A stretch of 64,000 nucleotides of DNA, taken from assembly GCA_036172245.1 (NCBI GenBank), contig JAYWIR010000051.1:620001-684000 (forward strand). Reading direction: 5' to 3'. Every line of letters begins with the position of its first letter. Within the stretch, counting starts at the first letter, position 1. A program made the translations under genes and the position numbers. Under the pieces are notes generated by a model. It did not search any database and had not been told where the DNA came from. It saw nothing but the letters and a program-made list of their open reading frames with translations. The DNA is from Raillietiella orientalis. Taxonomy: Eukaryota. Of this stretch, positions 25,101 to 37,000 are shown in pieces.

Positions 25101-27660
25101 GCTGAGAAGGCCCAAGTCCTCTTTGCTCACCGTTTATCGCGTGGCAACAGCGGCCTCTGTTTGAGCGTTCCGACACTGCCGCAATCGAAGCGGGGCGGCA
25201 GAATCTATCGTTAATTGAGACTCCCGGGCGGATGATCCTGATCCGTGACCCACATCTCTTTATCTCTAGCTAGCCTGTTTCGTCCGTCCATTTATTTCGC
25301 TGGGTTGTCTTCTGCACGTCAATTTCGGACACGAGAAACGCGCTCACCGAATACAAATCGAAAATGGGCGGCGCTCGCTCCGCTGGTTGCCATGGTGAGT
25401 TCCCTTGCGAACCGGTTTCGCCGCAGCGATTCGATTGCTGACCTGCGCCGGCTCCAGTGGCTGCAGTGCGTGATTTCCGACGGGTTCTTCCGTCGCAGTT
25501 CCGGTCCCAGTGACGGAGGGTCGCGGGGGTAAAGGATGGGGGGTCGAGAAGGCGGTGGTGGTGGTGGTGGGGTCAGACGTCTCAGTGAACAATAAATCAC
25601 GGCTGGCATAGGAAACGAGTCAGGAAAGGCCTTTCGGCGAGGAGTGGGTGTTCTCCTCCAGCCTTTGCTCCCTGCGGAGACGCGACGGCACGCAGCTGGG
25701 TCAAAACCCCTGCTGTCGATCGCCCTTAATTCTCATCTCGTCTCCTATGCCCACGTGGCCTGAAAAGCTACCGTTTTCTTCCTTTACCAGTAAATCTGCC
25801 AGATGAGCGGCGAACCTGCTGTCAGGCCCCTTCTCTCCGGAGCAAAAAAAACATCCCCGAGCTGCAGCCCTTCTCCCTCCTCCCCGAATAAAACAAAATA
25901 AAACTTATAGAACGAAAGTCAAAAAATATCTGCTGCTCGAAATTCATGACGCGCGCTTCCCGCGGCATTTGCGAGGAAGGAAAAGTGAAGAATGCTCCTC
26001 GCTGCAGTGATTTTCCAGATATCCGTTAGCTCAATCGGGAAACAAGTGGTCATCCCATTTTTCAGGGCACGAGGACTCGGACTCGGGACCGTTTTATCCC
26101 CTTCGCTTTCCTTTGTGCGTGGAGGAACACAAATTAACGTTCGGCTGACAACGATAAATTGTGATACTGACGAGACCGCTGCTGCAAAGGAAGGCAAGAA
26201 AATAAAAAATACAAAATACATAGCAAAAAAAAAAAAAAAAAAGAGTGAGTGAGGGGGAGGGAGATGCTTTGGGATCACCCTTCCGCCGGTGAGTCGGATG
26301 ATATCGGCTGAAGCGCTGAGCAGCAGCGAACAAAGACGGAGGAGAGCACAGCTCATCACGGGATCAAAAGGGAACACGACAGACGGATAAATAACTGTGC
26401 ATAAATCATCGGCAGATGGACAGCAGCCGGAAGGGAGCGCTCGCGCGAATCCCACCGCTGATCAGCCCATCAGCGGGAATCTCGCAATAATCACCGTTTG
26501 AATGCGACCCATCAGCGGTTCGAAGTGCCTCCATTTGCTGAGTCAATAAATGCTTGCAGCAAAGAAAATAGTCTCGGAAGAAAAACTCTTGAGCGTTTGC
26601 CAAAGAAGATGTAAAAATACATCAACCTGCCTTCGAGTGTTTTAGGCGGTTTTCTCTCTAAACTGCTTCGCGTTGAGGAACGCAAACGGAGAGCGATGGA
26701 TGGTAAGGGGGGAAAACACGGGCAAGACAAGTTGGTTCCCAGGTCTGGAAGTTTCCGGGGAACGCTCAAGGATCTTTCCCTGCCCGATTCCGACGGCGGT
26801 TCCCACCGCCACCCCCTTCCCCCCCCCCCCCCCCCTTCCCCACCCCGTAGCATCATCGGTTGGAAACGGATGTTCTAAAAGTTGGAACAGCGTGCTTGCA
26901 AAAGAAGGGTTTCTCGGGGTGATCGGTTGGGGATTCCTCTAAGCATTTTGCACTTACACTAAATTGGATCATCCAGTTCTAGGAAACCGCCTCATGGAGA
27001 CACCTTCCAAGAACCCTAGGCCCTAGGTGACTCAAGATACCGTATTATGACAGCATATGATCCCGCATTGCTATTAACAACACTGAAAGCTCCGGTTTCC
27101 ATGGCGACGGTGCTGGAGGCTGTTTGCCCACTCGTAAGGTCCGACAGGGAGCCAGTTTATTTCCGTTACACATCCGGAAGATCGGCAGACAGCAGATCAC
27201 AGTGGCTGAAGGCTGCTTTCCTCAAGTGAGTGTTCAAAAAGTTCTCGGCGTTTCCCTGGGCAAGTCCTCGTGCGCCTTTCATGCGTGTCCTCTCCCGGAG
27301 GAAGGACGGGGGGAAGGGGAGGAGAGGAGGGAGGGACTTGGCACTCCTTACGTCCGTCACCGTGGCAACAATGCGGTGCACGGCTGCCACCACGTGACGA
27401 CGCTTTGCTCTGCGTGCGTGCGATGGGAAGGTTGGATTGAACTGGCCCTCAGTACTCGGTCACAGGTCATTTTTTTTTTTTTTTTTTCCTGCAGGAAACC
27501 CCATGTGTTTTTCTCGCGCGCGCGCCGGCCCGAAAGAGATCAACCAAAAAGACAAAAAAAAAAAAAAAAAAAGGAAGCCTCACAGGGTTTGGTGAGCAGC
27601 AGCAGTCCACACACAGTTTACGAGAAGCTGCGTCAAATTTCAACAGGCAGTCGATAATAA

Positions 27661-27734
27661 ACACACACACATACACACACACACACACACACACATGCAC
27701 ATTGATTTGAAAGGGAGAGAGAGAGAGAGAGAGA
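27661..27734. repeat. (CA)n then (GA)n microsatellites
   Basis: Direct reading; (UG)n on the CELF sense strand. Confidence 0.95.
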
Positions 27735-27880
27735 AATTATGGCTGTTCGGAACAAGTCAACAACGTATATGACACAGGCGGAAGCTGGAAGCTTTGCATC
27801 ACACATCGACATGCTGCACTTACACAACGTGCTTACGAGAATCAATTTGCAAGGTTAAGATAGAATAAAGAGGTACTTAC

Positions 27881-27987
27881 TTCTCACTTTTAGAAGAAAG
27901 CGTGTCAGAGCTGCTTTGGGGAGAGATTTTCCCCGCTAAGCTATTCAGGTTTTTGAGCGTTTCGATGGTTGTCATGGACACAGGCAT
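27881..27987 (-). CDS. CELF2: CELF N-terminal coding exon (MPVSMTTIETLKNLNSLAGKISPQSSSDTLSSKSE); ATG at 27987 or 27975; exon acceptor at 28129
   Basis: Perfect donor AA|gtaagt (27880-27875) in phase 2, matching the phase-2 acceptor at 11447 (AA+T=Asn). Strong acceptor ttttccttttcag| precedes 28129. LNSLAGKI resembles N-termini I recall for arthropod Bruno-like proteins (from memory, not searched). Confidence 0.8.
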
Positions 27988-28577
27988 ACAGAACACGAGG
28001 GTGTTAATTTTTTTTTTCCCGTTGCTGTTTGGTTTCGTTTTGTTTAGGCAACAACACAAAGCATTAGTGCTCTTAACAACTGGAGAAATGAATCTGAGGG
28101 AGGGAGGGACAGCAATCAGAACGTGGCAACTGAAAAGGAAAAAACAAACAAACAAACAAAAAAAAAAAAAAAAAACAAGCAAAAGGGAGAAACAGTGGGT
28201 GTACTTTCACAGGGTTGGACACGTTTCCACATTGCTGGCGTGTACGACACAGAGGCATCCTGGAACACGGTCTGGTTGCTGGCGTTCCGGCTGGACGGGA
28301 GCGTCCCGTAACACACTTTGCGGACCGGAGAGAGATCTTTCTATCCGGGAGCTCTGGACGGATGGCACGAACAAGAGGAGGGGGGCAGCGAGGAGAGAAG
28401 CGGGGGAGGGAGGGGAACAAACACCCCACCACTGGGAAAAATACTGTTTCTCCGTCCCCTCCCCCCCCCCCCACCCCCTGCCCGCCCCCAATCGCCTCCA
28501 ACCCACCATCCCCTTCCTCCCTCTCCCGTCCCCAGTCCTCAGACGAAGAGACGTCCGCCCTTCCTCGAAGAGCAAAC

Positions 28578-28641
28578 CTGAAAGCAATTACGAGCGTGCC
28601 GGTAGCTGCGTGCACAGCAGCAGCAACAGCTACGATACCAT
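28578..28641 (-). other. Candidate 64-nt upstream CELF exon (5'UTR or coding)
   Basis: Very U/UG-rich tract ending ttttttctatattctag|; donor CAG|gtttgc. Confidence 0.45.
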
Positions 28642-28685
28642 CTAGAATATAGAAAAAACAAAAAAAATTCTCCAATGAAAAAACA

Positions 28686-28688
<3 letters not shown>

Positions 28689-28725
<37 letters not shown>

Positions 28726-28780
28726 TGTACACATACATACAAAAACGAACAAACAGACAAACAAAACGAAAACAAAATCA
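28689..28780. repeat. (CA)n microsatellite plus AAAC-rich tract
   Basis: Direct reading. Confidence 0.95.
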
Positions 28781-29215
28781 ACAGTCAAGGATTAGCACTG
28801 GCAAAACATTGCAGAGGGGCAAACCAACCGGACGGAAAAGGAAATCACTGCATTCACCACCATCCTTGCAGGGCGCTCTCCCGATAGAGGAGGAAAAACC
28901 GAAACCACTGGAGCCTTTTCCCCCTGGCAGGTGTGACGGCCGCGCCAACGAGGGAGCTACCGGGACTGCGAAGGATGGAGGAGACGAGGGAGGTGGCAGG
29001 CCGGGATCCGAAACGGCACAGTCCGACGACGGGATTCCTTGCAGACTTAATGATGATTCCCGCGTTCTTTTTCGTCCTCCTCCTCCTCCTCTCCTTCCCT
29101 CCCCCCCCCCTTCCCCCCCTCTTTTCCTTCGTTTCCCTCCCCTCCCTCCCTCCCCCCTCCTCTCTTCCGCACCTCCTTAATCCATGCAAGCTGCCAGCGC
29201 ACGTGTTTCGCTCAC

Positions 29216-29480
29216 TCCCTCCAGAGCAACTTCAACGAGGCGCGTGCGCGCGCAGCGCTCTCTCTCTCTCGCTCTCTCGCACGCCCCCCCGCCCCCCCAG
29301 CGGCGCGCCCGCAGTCTCTCGCGAAAACGAGGCAGTACCTGGCGATACCGCGCCGCGGCGCTGCCTCTCGACGAGACGAACGCCGCCGCCACTCGCACAC
29401 TTCGTCAGCAAAGTACTTGCGAAGGATAGCCATCCTCGAGAGAGGAAAGCAGCACACTGATAATACACGCTGATAAGAAA
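29216..29480 (-). promoter_or_regulatory. Possible proximal promoter/first non-coding exon
   Basis: TCAGT Inr-like motif at 29460-29456, GAGA-type (CT)n run at about 29258-29278, weak donor GGA|gtgagc at 29215. No correctly spaced DPE found. Confidence 0.2.
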
Positions 29481-29517
29481 TCTTTTGAAACACGGGCACC
29501 GTGAACAAGAACGGAGG

Positions 29518-29571
29518 ACACACACACACACACACACACACATGCACACGCATGCACACACACACACACAC
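29518..29571. repeat. Interrupted (CA)n microsatellite
   Basis: Direct reading. Confidence 0.95.
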
Positions 29572-32500
29572 CGGGGAGGGGGGGGGGGGGGGAATGGAAT
29601 TGAGAAAGGAGCAGACATCGCCGCAGATAAGAGCGCGGCGAGCAGATTACGTAGTTCCACGAAGTGACGGCAGGCGGCCGGGGCTCTGCAGGCGTCGGGA
29701 TGAAAAACGCGAGACACACACTGCCACTGCCGTGTTCCTCGATCGAGGAAGAGGAGTGGGAAGGGGTCCGGGAAGCGGCGATCTCGCACTCTGCCCTTCT
29801 TCCCTTGCGATACTCAAGCGGCCATCCAACGGGCGCTTGCTGGGGGACCACGTTGCCGGGCGACCCTCCCTCGGACGACGACGACGCGACCCGCGACGAT
29901 CACCCGACGGACTGCACGGGCGCACAGGCCGCGGGCCGGAGGAGGAGACGACGTCCACGGAAATCCGAGACGGTAGCGGCACGGAGGGGGCGGCAGCTAG
30001 AGGCTCGCCCATGGGCCGTCCACTCACTCGCACGGATCCGCGCGTGCCCCTCGACGCTTCCTCGAAACGAGGTCACTTCCTGGAGATGCGGACGCGTGGT
30101 AGGAGGGAGGGAGGGAGCGGGACTCGCATGAGTCAGGGCGCGCGCTGCGCTTACGAAGCAGCGCGCGCACCTGCGCACTCACAACTCGAGCGATCGCGCG
30201 GCGGTGCGCGCCCACCGGATGTCCGTCGATTTCCTCCCCCCCCCCTTCCTCGGGGAGTCATGGCAGAGACGACGAGAGAGCGCACGCGGGTTCCTCGCGG
30301 GCTGATATGGGGGTCCACGCCCTTCGGAGACGAGGGGAGTGTGGAGAGGGGGAGCAATCCAACCCTCCCGTGTGCCCGCCCGCTAAGTCCGAGAGGCAAC
30401 AGCGGGAAGCCGGGAGGCTCTCGGGCCGCGCCTTCTTTCGTCAGGACGCGGGGAGGGAGGGAGCCACTCCCGCGGTCCGCTACAGCGGCCGCAGCCTCCC
30501 TCGAGGACCGCCCGGAAGCCTCCAGGCGACAGCCGCCCTTCCTGTCCAGGATCCGAGAGTATCTCAAGAGAACCTCCCTCGGTCGCACGCACCCGAAGAC
30601 TCCTCTTCCCCCAGGCACGAGCGAGGCGCGCGCTGGCGGCGCAGCTCTCCCGCCCTTTCTGGATCGCTCAACCCTCCACCCGAATTCCTTGGGCTTGAGC
30701 GGGAGCGCCTAGGACCGCTGGCGCACCCCGCAACAGCGGAAGAGGAGCAAGAGGGAGGGGAGGGGAGGATCGATGACACTATGAGCCGGCGAGGCGTGGT
30801 GGCTACGCACGCGGCGAAGGAGGACCGTCTGCAGGGCGGGTCGCTCCCGTCCGTGAGGCTGCCCACGGGATCCGCGCCGGGAAAGCCGGTCGTTGCAGGG
30901 TGGGACTTGCAGCAGCGCAGGGGGCGGCCCTCCCGGGGCACCCGGGTCAGGCGTCGTCGTCGGGGGAACGGCGACGAGAGCGCAGGACACCGCCTTCCCA
31001 GAGTGACCGGTCGCTCGCACCGCCCTTCGGCGCGCGCTGGGCGACCACGCCGGACGCTGACGTCTTCGATCACCCGGTGGCACCAGCCAGCAGCGCCCTA
31101 CGTTGGAGCCGCGCCTCGTCGCCTGAGGGACGGTGGGTTCCGGTCGCTGCCTGTAGCATCGAGAGGGGTCCCCGCAGGGAGGGAGGGGGTAAGGGGGTCG
31201 ACCGCCGCGAGAGTCCCGGCGAAGACGAAGTGGCTGCTCCCCCTCCTCCCCCACCGGACTTCGGCGACCGCCGTGTCGCTCTCTTCATGCTCTCTGGCGC
31301 GGGTCTTGTTCCCGGGGGCGCCTCGCTGCCCGGGGACCGAGCGGCGGCTGCAGCCCGGGAGGGGGGTGCCAAGAAGCAGGAGAGGCAGGTGGAAGCACCG
31401 CGCTCCGTCGGGCTTGTTTGGTTGCCAAGGTGCTCGGACTCCAGTCAACGCGCAGGGAACTGCAGAACGGACGGGGTCGTTCTGCCTGCGGTCCCGAAGC
31501 GGGGTGGAAGGAGGAAAGGAGGGGAACCGCCTCGCGGGGGGAGCGCGGCGTGTGGCCCGGGCGTCCTTCCCGGAGCCCGCTCCCATATCATCCCTGTGAC
31601 ACCCGCACGGGACGATCCCGGGACTTCCGGGACCAGAAGGCGATCGCGGGATAACTCCGGGTGGGAGAAGGACGGGCAGGGAACGCGAAACACACGCACG
31701 CACGCACACCTACTCCTCCACCCCCGCACTGCGCAGCACCGCGAAAACGGAAGTAACGGGATCCGGGTTGCAGGAAGCAACGGGAAGCGCCAAGGAACAC
31801 CGGAGCTCGCGCGGGGGACGCACGCTAAGATAAACATGGGAATCGCTGCTCTTCAGGATCGATAGGAAGGGTACCCCTTCCCTCTCCCCAGGAAAAACAA
31901 AAGAGGGAATGCTCGTCTCTTCCTGAAGGAAAGCAAACGCAGCGGGCGTGGGCGGTGGAAGTTGCCGTCTGCCGCTGACGGGCAGCTCAGCACCTGCGCG
32001 CTGGGAATGAGGGGCTCGACGCTGCCGAATCGCTCCCGGGAGCGTCCTGGGAGACCCGCGAATGGAAGTGGCGACCGGGGCGACGCGGAGCCCAGAGGCG
32101 GCGCGCAACGGGACCTCGGAAACCGCCCGCCGAAAGCCCACACCGAAGGCGGAAATGGGGGAGAGGAGGAAGGTGAGGCGTGTCCCCCTCCCCTCCACGC
32201 TCCCCCGTCTCCTCAGTCCACTTCCTCCGCTGTCCCGACTTTGCGACCCCCGACCCCTTCCTTGCACCGAGTGCGCACGCCCTGCTCTTGCACAAGGCCC
32301 ACGAACCGCGCGACCGCGTTCAGAGACGGACCCAACAATCCGTTACTCTACCCGACGGAGAGGAAGGGATGCTGCGGAGACCCTGTAAAGACTGGAAAAG
32401 AGCGTCCTGTCGGTCTCCAAGGCGGTCTTCGGGTCTTTCGGTCCCTCGTCCTCGATCCCACACAACGCCTCCTCCTCCTCCATCACCACCGCCACCACCA

Positions 32501-33379
32501 CCACCGTGGCCATACACGCTGACCACCTCGAGCGCCGGAGGACCGTCCGGCATCCGGAAGGGTGAGGATAAATGATAGGGAGAGCAGCATCCTCTCGCGG
32601 CGCAGAGACTGCACGCGGTCGTCCTCCCTGTATCCGTCCCTTGGCAGCGGCGCACCAGACTTCGCGCGAAACGCTGCGCTGGCGAATGCTGCTCTTCGAA
32701 GGGGCAGCCACCAGCGGAGGGCGAGCGCAAACGAGGAGCACCTCCCGTCCCTTCCCGAGTCGATTCCCTGCCCGGGAAGTCGCTTCCTGTAAGGAGACCC
32801 TCCGTCGCTTACCTCATGGCGGCTGGCGCACTTCCCGGGTGCCGCGCCTCCTGTTGCCCCCCGGCTGCTCCTCGCCTGTCTCCTTTCAGAGTGGGCTTCG
32901 CGTAGGCGTCTCCATCAACCTGCAAGGGGACAATAAATCAGCCCGAGGAGTCAGAGAGAACGCGATGGTCCGCCAGTCATCGTCGAGAAGTCCCGAGCTT
33001 CCAGTCCTTCCCTCACAACCCTTCTGGCTCCCGGGAGACCCCCCGGATCATCGCGCCCTCCTAGCGCACCGACCCGTATGGAGGGGGGGAGGGATTCCCA
33101 GCCTCGGACGTGTCGGGGCTCCTGTGAGGAGTGCGGATAGCGCGAAGAGAGGCCGGGCGCTCCTCCTGTAACCTCGGTTGCGCTGTTCGGAGATCTCTCC
33201 GAGGCTCCTGAAGAGACATCGTCGGGGCCACGTGGCGACGAGCGGGGTTTTCGGCCTGCGTCGTTGCTAATCGCCACACCGCTCAAGTGGCGGCACCTCC
33301 TGCACACCCGCCGATCCACGGCTCTTCCGGCCTGATCCCTTCCACCCCCCTCCCGCCTTTTTTCTCCTTCCTCTCCTTG

Positions 33380-34050
33380 CCCGCTGCCGCTGGCCATCCT
33401 AGTGCTCCGAGAGCAGGGGACAGCGGCAGCCGTCGAGGGACTTTCGAGAGGGAACAACGGGCGGCAGCGAACCCGAGAGAGAACCGGCGAAGATTCCTCG
33501 AGCGGCGAAGAGATGCCGTGACGATGATTGGGCACTAGAGGATGGAGGCAATCTTACCCTAGGGCGCTGCCTCCGGGAAGGAAGGGGGGCATCCCCCAGC
33601 AACCGAATCTGTCGGGCTGTTGGTGCAGCTGGCTGGCCGACCGAGCGTGCGTCGAAGAGGACACAAAACCAAGTTCCTCTCTCCGCGTAGGGGAAGGCGG
33701 GGGGGGGGGGAAGAGCGCGAGTGGTGGTTCCTGTGGCGACGGAGCGGATGCTCTCTAGCGAAGGTCAGGATGGTAGCGCGTTGGGATGCTCCCTGGGAAA
33801 GAGAAAGCAAGGTCAAGGCGACCGCTCCCTCAACGACCCCTGCGGCTGAGGCTCGCCGCTCCCGAAGCGAGCGAGTCCGTTCCCTCCAGCACCGTCTTCG
33901 GGAAAGAGCGGGTCGCATCCCGCACGGGCCCACAGCATTACTGCTCCGTCAGGGGATCCCTTCCTCCCGTGCACACCGACAAGAACGGGAACGAAGATGG
34001 CAGCATCTTCGTCTCTTTCGGCAACGTTCCTCCCAAAGTGTTATCTCCAT
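33380..34050 (+). mobile_element. Possible decayed RT fragment
   Basis: GIP, SLRVGEG, EREWWFLWRRSGCSL (~VRV.G..SEWF...GVRQGC.LS). Confidence 0.25.
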
Positions 34051-37000
34051 GGTGAGAAGAGAGGGAAGGAGAGAGAAAGAGAGAAAACACGCAGCATCTT
34101 CCGAAGACGATCCCGTCACCCAGGAAGCGAAGCCGCGCACACTCAGAGCAGCGGAGTCCTGATCGTTGCGGCACGGAACGCACGCACGCACAAGTGCGCG
34201 AGAAAAATGCACGCACGCACACACGCATGCAGGGAGAGGACAACGGCTGCGAGAGGCTGGAAGCAGAAGCGTCTTGTCTGCGATCTGGGCTTGCAGCATT
34301 GGAAAGAGAGTAGGGGGGAGGAAGGAAGAGGAGGAGGGAGAGGTGAGGAAGGGAGGAGGAGGAAGGCAGGGAGGAGGAAAGAAGGAAAAAGGAGGAGATG
34401 CAGGAAGGGAGGGAGAGGTACCCCGCCTCTTTTGATGAGAAACTATCCTTCTCCTTCCTTTGGTTGAGATGGGCAACTACGGTCAGCCGCAACCTGTCGC
34501 GAGGCGGGGCGTTCAAGGCAGGATTGGCAGTGGTCAGCAACCCTGGCCCAATGCCGCCAGCGCGGTCATGTCAGCGACTTTCTGAGGACGAGATACGGCC
34601 GTCTTCCTTGCTCTGTCGGGAAGGAGCCGTCGGGGGTGGGTCAGGGAGGGGAAGACTGGACGCAGAGGAGGAACAGCACAGGGAACGGGAGATGTAGTTG
34701 CCGTGGGAGAGAAGCCCGTGAGCCGCCGTGCGCTCTAGGAAGATGGCACGGACGCCCGGAGGGGGTGAACTGCAGATACTGCCCCCTCACGTGAATGCAG
34801 CAGCCACTTCCGACTGGTCGGACTGGGTCACACAGCGTGGCCCCTTCTTCCCGTGTACGAGGCACTCCCTCGGCGTTTCGAGGGATAGCAGAAGCTGTGC
34901 TCGCCATTCCGCATCCGGATATATGCGCACTGCACCGAAAGGGCCTCCAAAGCAATGAGGAGAGGCAACCCGCTGGTGTGACCTGGAGGGTCTCCCGTGA
35001 CAGAAGGAGGAGCGGAGGACGCGGGACCCGCCCGTTTGCCGGATGCACCGCCAGTATCCACTGCTTAGCACGGCGTGATGCACGCGTCACTCGCTGAAGG
35101 GGTCCAAAGAGCAGCTCATACCGGGAAGAACGAGTCCATTAGAGAGGTGTGGGAGGAGTAGGTGGATATCCAGTTGCCTGACCATCATCGAACAGCAGGG
35201 ACCTGTCTGCCAGTAATGGTCCACAGAAAAAGATGTTGCAGCCGTAGCATCTCGCGCAAGAAACCAGGCGCGCACACAAAGCTGCGACCTGAAGATGCTC
35301 GGGGGTTCCAAGGTGAGCCCTTGGCCACCTCTTCGGGAATGCCTCGACTTCAGGGCGTGCATGCATTCGGAAGCCATGGTAGGGCGCCGCGGGTCTGGTG
35401 ACCAGACGGGCAGAGCCCAGCGAGATTTGGCCGAGACATCCCGAGGGTGGTTCGCGCATGCCCTCGGTGTGAACGGGGTGCGGGCGGACGACAGCAGCGG
35501 CGGCGTGGGTACCTTTGGCGGTCTCAGCGTGGGGCCGGAGCAGTGACGACAACGCGCACGGGACCGGGGGCGGCGAGCGGTCAGAAGTGCCCAGGCCAGC
35601 CTTTCCAGCCGCCCATCCTGAGATGGGCGTCCGGGGAACGCGCGCAATTGAAGGGAAATCTGCTGAACGCCCTTTCCCTTTCTACTTCCTACCCCCTACC
35701 CTCCTTCCCCTTCAGCTGCCAGCAGATCTCCTGGAAAACCCCACTCCGACACTGACGCGCCGCAATGGGAGTCGAATTCCGCGCAGGCGCGAGGAGCGAT
35801 CGATCAACCCGCGCGCGCGGCACGGTGCGGCAGATCCGACGCCCCCGCGGCGGAGTTTCCCATCTCCGAGATCGAGGGTCGGGGTGCGAGCTCCGCCGAC
35901 CCTCAAGTCCCCAAGGGGAGAGAAGAAGGGTCTTGCTTCCGGAGGCCCTCCGAAAAGCCTCAGAGGATCCTCCGACGCGGGGTCCTCACGCCGTGTGAGC
36001 TGGGCCGGCATTCCGCCTGCTCTCACTCGAACCGCCCCTTCCCCGGACCCGGACGGACCGATGCACAAGGACGGCGGGCGCGCCGCACGGTTGCTTCCAC
36101 CTCGTGCCCCGCCGCCGTTCGCCCGGTCGTCTCCGCCCCACGCAGGAGGGCCCGCCCGCCGCGTCCCCACTCCGGCCGCTCCAGGAGGCGCCGCTCCCTT
36201 CTTCGGAGCCCGCCCTCTGCTCGGCGGAACCCTCGAGAGCCGCCGCCGACAGGGAAGGCGCTCCGCGAACCTCCGCGACTCCTGGAGCTCTTCCTGACTC
36301 GAGGGTAATTAACGACGGCAGGCTATAAATAGCCGCGCCACGTCGTCCGCATTCATCCACGGTTCCTGCACTCGGGAGCCCACGGTGCCAGCCGATGAAG
36401 GAGACGGCATTTTCCCGAAGGCATGAACTCCCCTTCCCAGCAGCTGCTCTCTCACGCCAGGAGCGTCGCCGGAACGACGGAGGCAGCGACGATCGATACC
36501 GGAAGAGGCGATGCTCATCGGAAGCCTCAACGGGACGCCCCCGATTGATCGGTACAGGTGGTGCTCCAGGTGACATGACTCGGGCGGGAGGGTGGTGATG
36601 GCGCACGGAACTGCTTCCCTGAGAGGGTGCCATAGGCGGTTCCAGCTTCGAGGGCAGTGTCCTTCAAGGGACGCTCATCGAAAAAGGTTCCAGTCGCTTG
36701 GCCCGCGGTCTTCAGCGAGGGCGAAGTGCAGCAGGCGGCAGCGGCGGAGGCGGCACCCGGAAGTCGGGCGAAACTGCAGCGGAAAACAGGCGGGAGGGAG
36801 CAGTGAATCCTCGCTCCCTTCCGCAGGTTCGAGGACGTCAGTCAACCGCAAGGCTGGCCGCTGTTCCTCTCTTTCTGGGATCGCGCAGAGTACATAGACA
36901 ATGAAGCAAGGAACGAGGGGAGTAGAGAGCCTTTCAGCTGACTGCAGAGAAAGGTCTCAAGGCGAAACGCAGGCAGCTTTCGCGGCGTGCCAGCGGGAAT

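Larger units (their letters stand above)
1..28129 (-). other. CELF2: CELF1/2-class (Bruno/Arrest-like) gene span, 5' part; continues beyond coordinate 1, and 5' exons may extend to about 49.5 kb
   Basis: The spliced exons give ...[91 protein letters not shown]. This is RRM1 of CELF1/2 ([27 protein letters not shown]), not CELF3-6. No RRM2 start (KLF[IV]GM) is seen in 1-3225. Confidence 0.95.

Noticed and set aside
27468..27500. Plus-strand acceptor-like T-tracts (also near 54500) suggesting an antisense gene
   Set aside because: No linked exons or coding signal; poly-T tracts are common in the window.
35139..35400. RCYGC zinc-knuckle-like remnant (and a similar one near 38150-38250)
   Set aside because: Too short and degenerate to call a gag/ORF1 fragment.
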